From positions 5,585 through 69,584 of the forward strand of contig CACELJ010000003.1 of the NCBI GenBank assembly GCA_902560275.1: a stretch of DNA of 64,000 nucleotides, in the 5' to 3' direction. The DNA is from an uncultured SAR86 cluster bacterium (GTDB lineage: Bacteria > Pseudomonadota > Gammaproteobacteria > Magnimaribacterales > AG-339-G14). Both the position numbers and the translations under genes were made by a program. Positions 62,802 to 64,000 of this stretch are shown in pieces (position 1 is the first letter of the stretch; every line of letters starts with the position of its first letter). The notes beneath the pieces were generated by a model, which was not told the DNA's origin, did no database searches, and was given only the letters and a program-made list of their open reading frames with translations.

Positions 62802-63036
62802 TCTTTGCTTTCTCCGGAACGGGATCATAACCATATGATCCAAGAGGATGACATTTTGAAATTCTTTTTAAGCTGTAATATGTGCCTTTCATCACGCCAT
62901 GAATCTCAATACAATTTTTAGCGTACTCAGAACATGTTGGTTGAAATCTGCAAGTGGGTCCAAAGTAGGGACTCATTGATCTTTGATAAACAACAATCAA
63001 GAAAACTAATATTTTTTTTAAATCAAATCTTTTCAA
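62794..63036 (-). CDS. yidD: Membrane protein insertion efficiency factor
   Basis: CRFQPTCSEY, RISKCHP, GYDPVP. Confidence 0.95.
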   Translation of the reverse strand: MKRFDLKKILVFLIVVYQRSMSPYFGPTCRFQPTCSEYAKNCIEIHGVMKGTYYSLKRISKCHPLGSYGYDPVPEKAKND

Positions 63037-63349
63037 TTTTTGACTCTAGATCAATGAAATTTTTTTTTACTTTTAATTTATCAAATTCCTCTATTTTATT
63101 TTTAACCATGAGGATGGCGTCAAAAGAGTTTAGCTCAGATCTCATTATAATCTCTCTAAATTTTCTTTTAATATAATTTCGATTAACAGCTAATTTAACA
63201 AACTTTTTTTGAATGATAATTCCAGTCCTGGTTGAGGATGTTTCGTTTTTTTTCAGAATTACTAGAAAGGGCCCAGAAGAGAAGGAAGTGTCTGAATTTT
63301 TGAAGACGTTATCAAAATCTTTTTTTCCTACCAGAGCAGGCATTTTCAT
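63023..63349 (-). CDS. rnpA: Ribonuclease P protein component
   Basis: KKFVKLAVNRNYIKR; position between rpmH and yidD. Confidence 0.9.
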   Translation of the reverse strand: MKMPALVGKKDFDNVFKNSDTSFSSGPFLVILKKNETSSTRTGIIIQKKFVKLAVNRNYIKRKFREIIMRSELNSFDAILMVKNKIEEFDKLKVKKNFIDLESKIEKI

Positions 63350-63350
63350 T

Positions 63351-63485
63351 TTAAGCAGATAAAACTTTTCTGCCTTTTCTTCTTCTGTTGTTTATAACAG
63401 CTCTGCCACCGGCAGAAGACATTCTGGCTCTAAATCCGTGAGTCCTTTTCCTTTTCAGTTTGCTTGGTTGATAGGTTCTTTTCAT
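63351..63485 (-). CDS. rpmH: 50S ribosomal protein L34 (44 aa, below ORF-track cutoff)
   Basis: Hand translation [44 protein letters not shown]. Confidence 0.97.
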   Translation of the reverse strand: MKRTYQPSKLKRKRTHGFRARMSSAGGRAVINNRRRKGRKVLSA

Positions 63486-63522
63486 TACGAGTAAATTAAG
63501 ATGGAGAATGATATATTAATTA

Positions 63523-63600
63523 TGTGAATAAATAAAACTCTAATTAATTATATTATTAACAAGTTATTCACAATTTTTCACATGATTATCCTGTGGATAA
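63523..63600. promoter_or_regulatory. DnaA-box cluster in rpmH-dnaA intergenic region
   Basis: Four exact TTWTNCACA matches (63523-31, 63564-72, 63574-82, 63592-600) plus one 8/9 box (63553-61); TATAAT at 63603-08. Confidence 0.88.
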
Positions 63601-63628
63601 GTTATAATAAAGATATTATTATCTTTTT

Positions 63629-64000
63629 ATGAATTATCAAGCCTGGGAAGAATGTAGAAAATCGCTTGAACTAGAGCTAAACCAGGATGAATTCTCTACT
63701 TGGATAAGTCCATTAGCTTACTCAGAAGAACAAGACGAATTTGGCATGCAAGCTGTAACGCTTTTAGCCCCAAATGATTTCATCAAAGAACATGTTAAAC
63801 AAAATTATGATTCCATCATAAAACAATATTTATCTAGATCTCTTGATTCTGAAAATCTAAGTTTAAATTATGATTTATTCAATTCTCCTAAACCATTGAT
63901 TACAAAGGATAAATCTAAAAAAATTCCTTTTCTAGATGATAAAGAAAATTCACTTTTTGAAAATTTTACATTCGAAACTTTTGTTGAAGGTAAATCGAAT
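63629..64000 (+). CDS. dnaA: Chromosomal replication initiator DnaA (5' part)
   Basis: Hand translation MNYQAWEEC...FSTWISPL...LLAPNDF...FTFETFVEGKSN; divergent from rpmH. Confidence 0.96.
   Translation, partial: MNYQAWEECRKSLELELNQDEFSTWISPLAYSEEQDEFGMQAVTLLAPNDFIKEHVKQNYDSIIKQYLSRSLDSENLSLNYDLFNSPKPLITKDKSKKIPFLDDKENSLFENFTFETFVEGKSN

Overview
Gene-dense, AT-rich bacterial chromosome segment with Gammaproteobacteria-type gene order. The streamlined layout and gene content suggest a marine SAR86-like lineage (inference only). The right third (45.8-64 kb) is the conserved origin region: dnaA (partial), rpmH-rnpA-yidD-yidC-mnmE, a DnaA-box-rich probable oriC, mnmG-rsmG-parA-parB, atpBEFHAGDC (no atpI) and glmU-glmS. 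The left ~8.2 kb is visibly more GC-rich and holds a large FecR/acidic-linker/cadherin-repeat surface protein running off the left edge (absent from the ORF track), an SMR exporter, a YccA/Bax-inhibitor-like protein, nadB, an RRM protein and a 9-Cys mini-protein. Next come a SAM-II-like riboswitch driving metF-metE, an uncharacterised 1076-aa secreted Cys-paired protein, many lipid/oxygenase catabolic genes, an NTT-like transporter, a DNA-repair cluster (short inverted-type photolyase, minimal alkyltransferase, full-length photolyase), rlmN and phoA. A run of accessory genes downstream of glmS includes a COG4337-like (HHSS motif) carbonic anhydrase candidate. No rRNA, tRNA, CRISPR array, transposase or integrase was seen.
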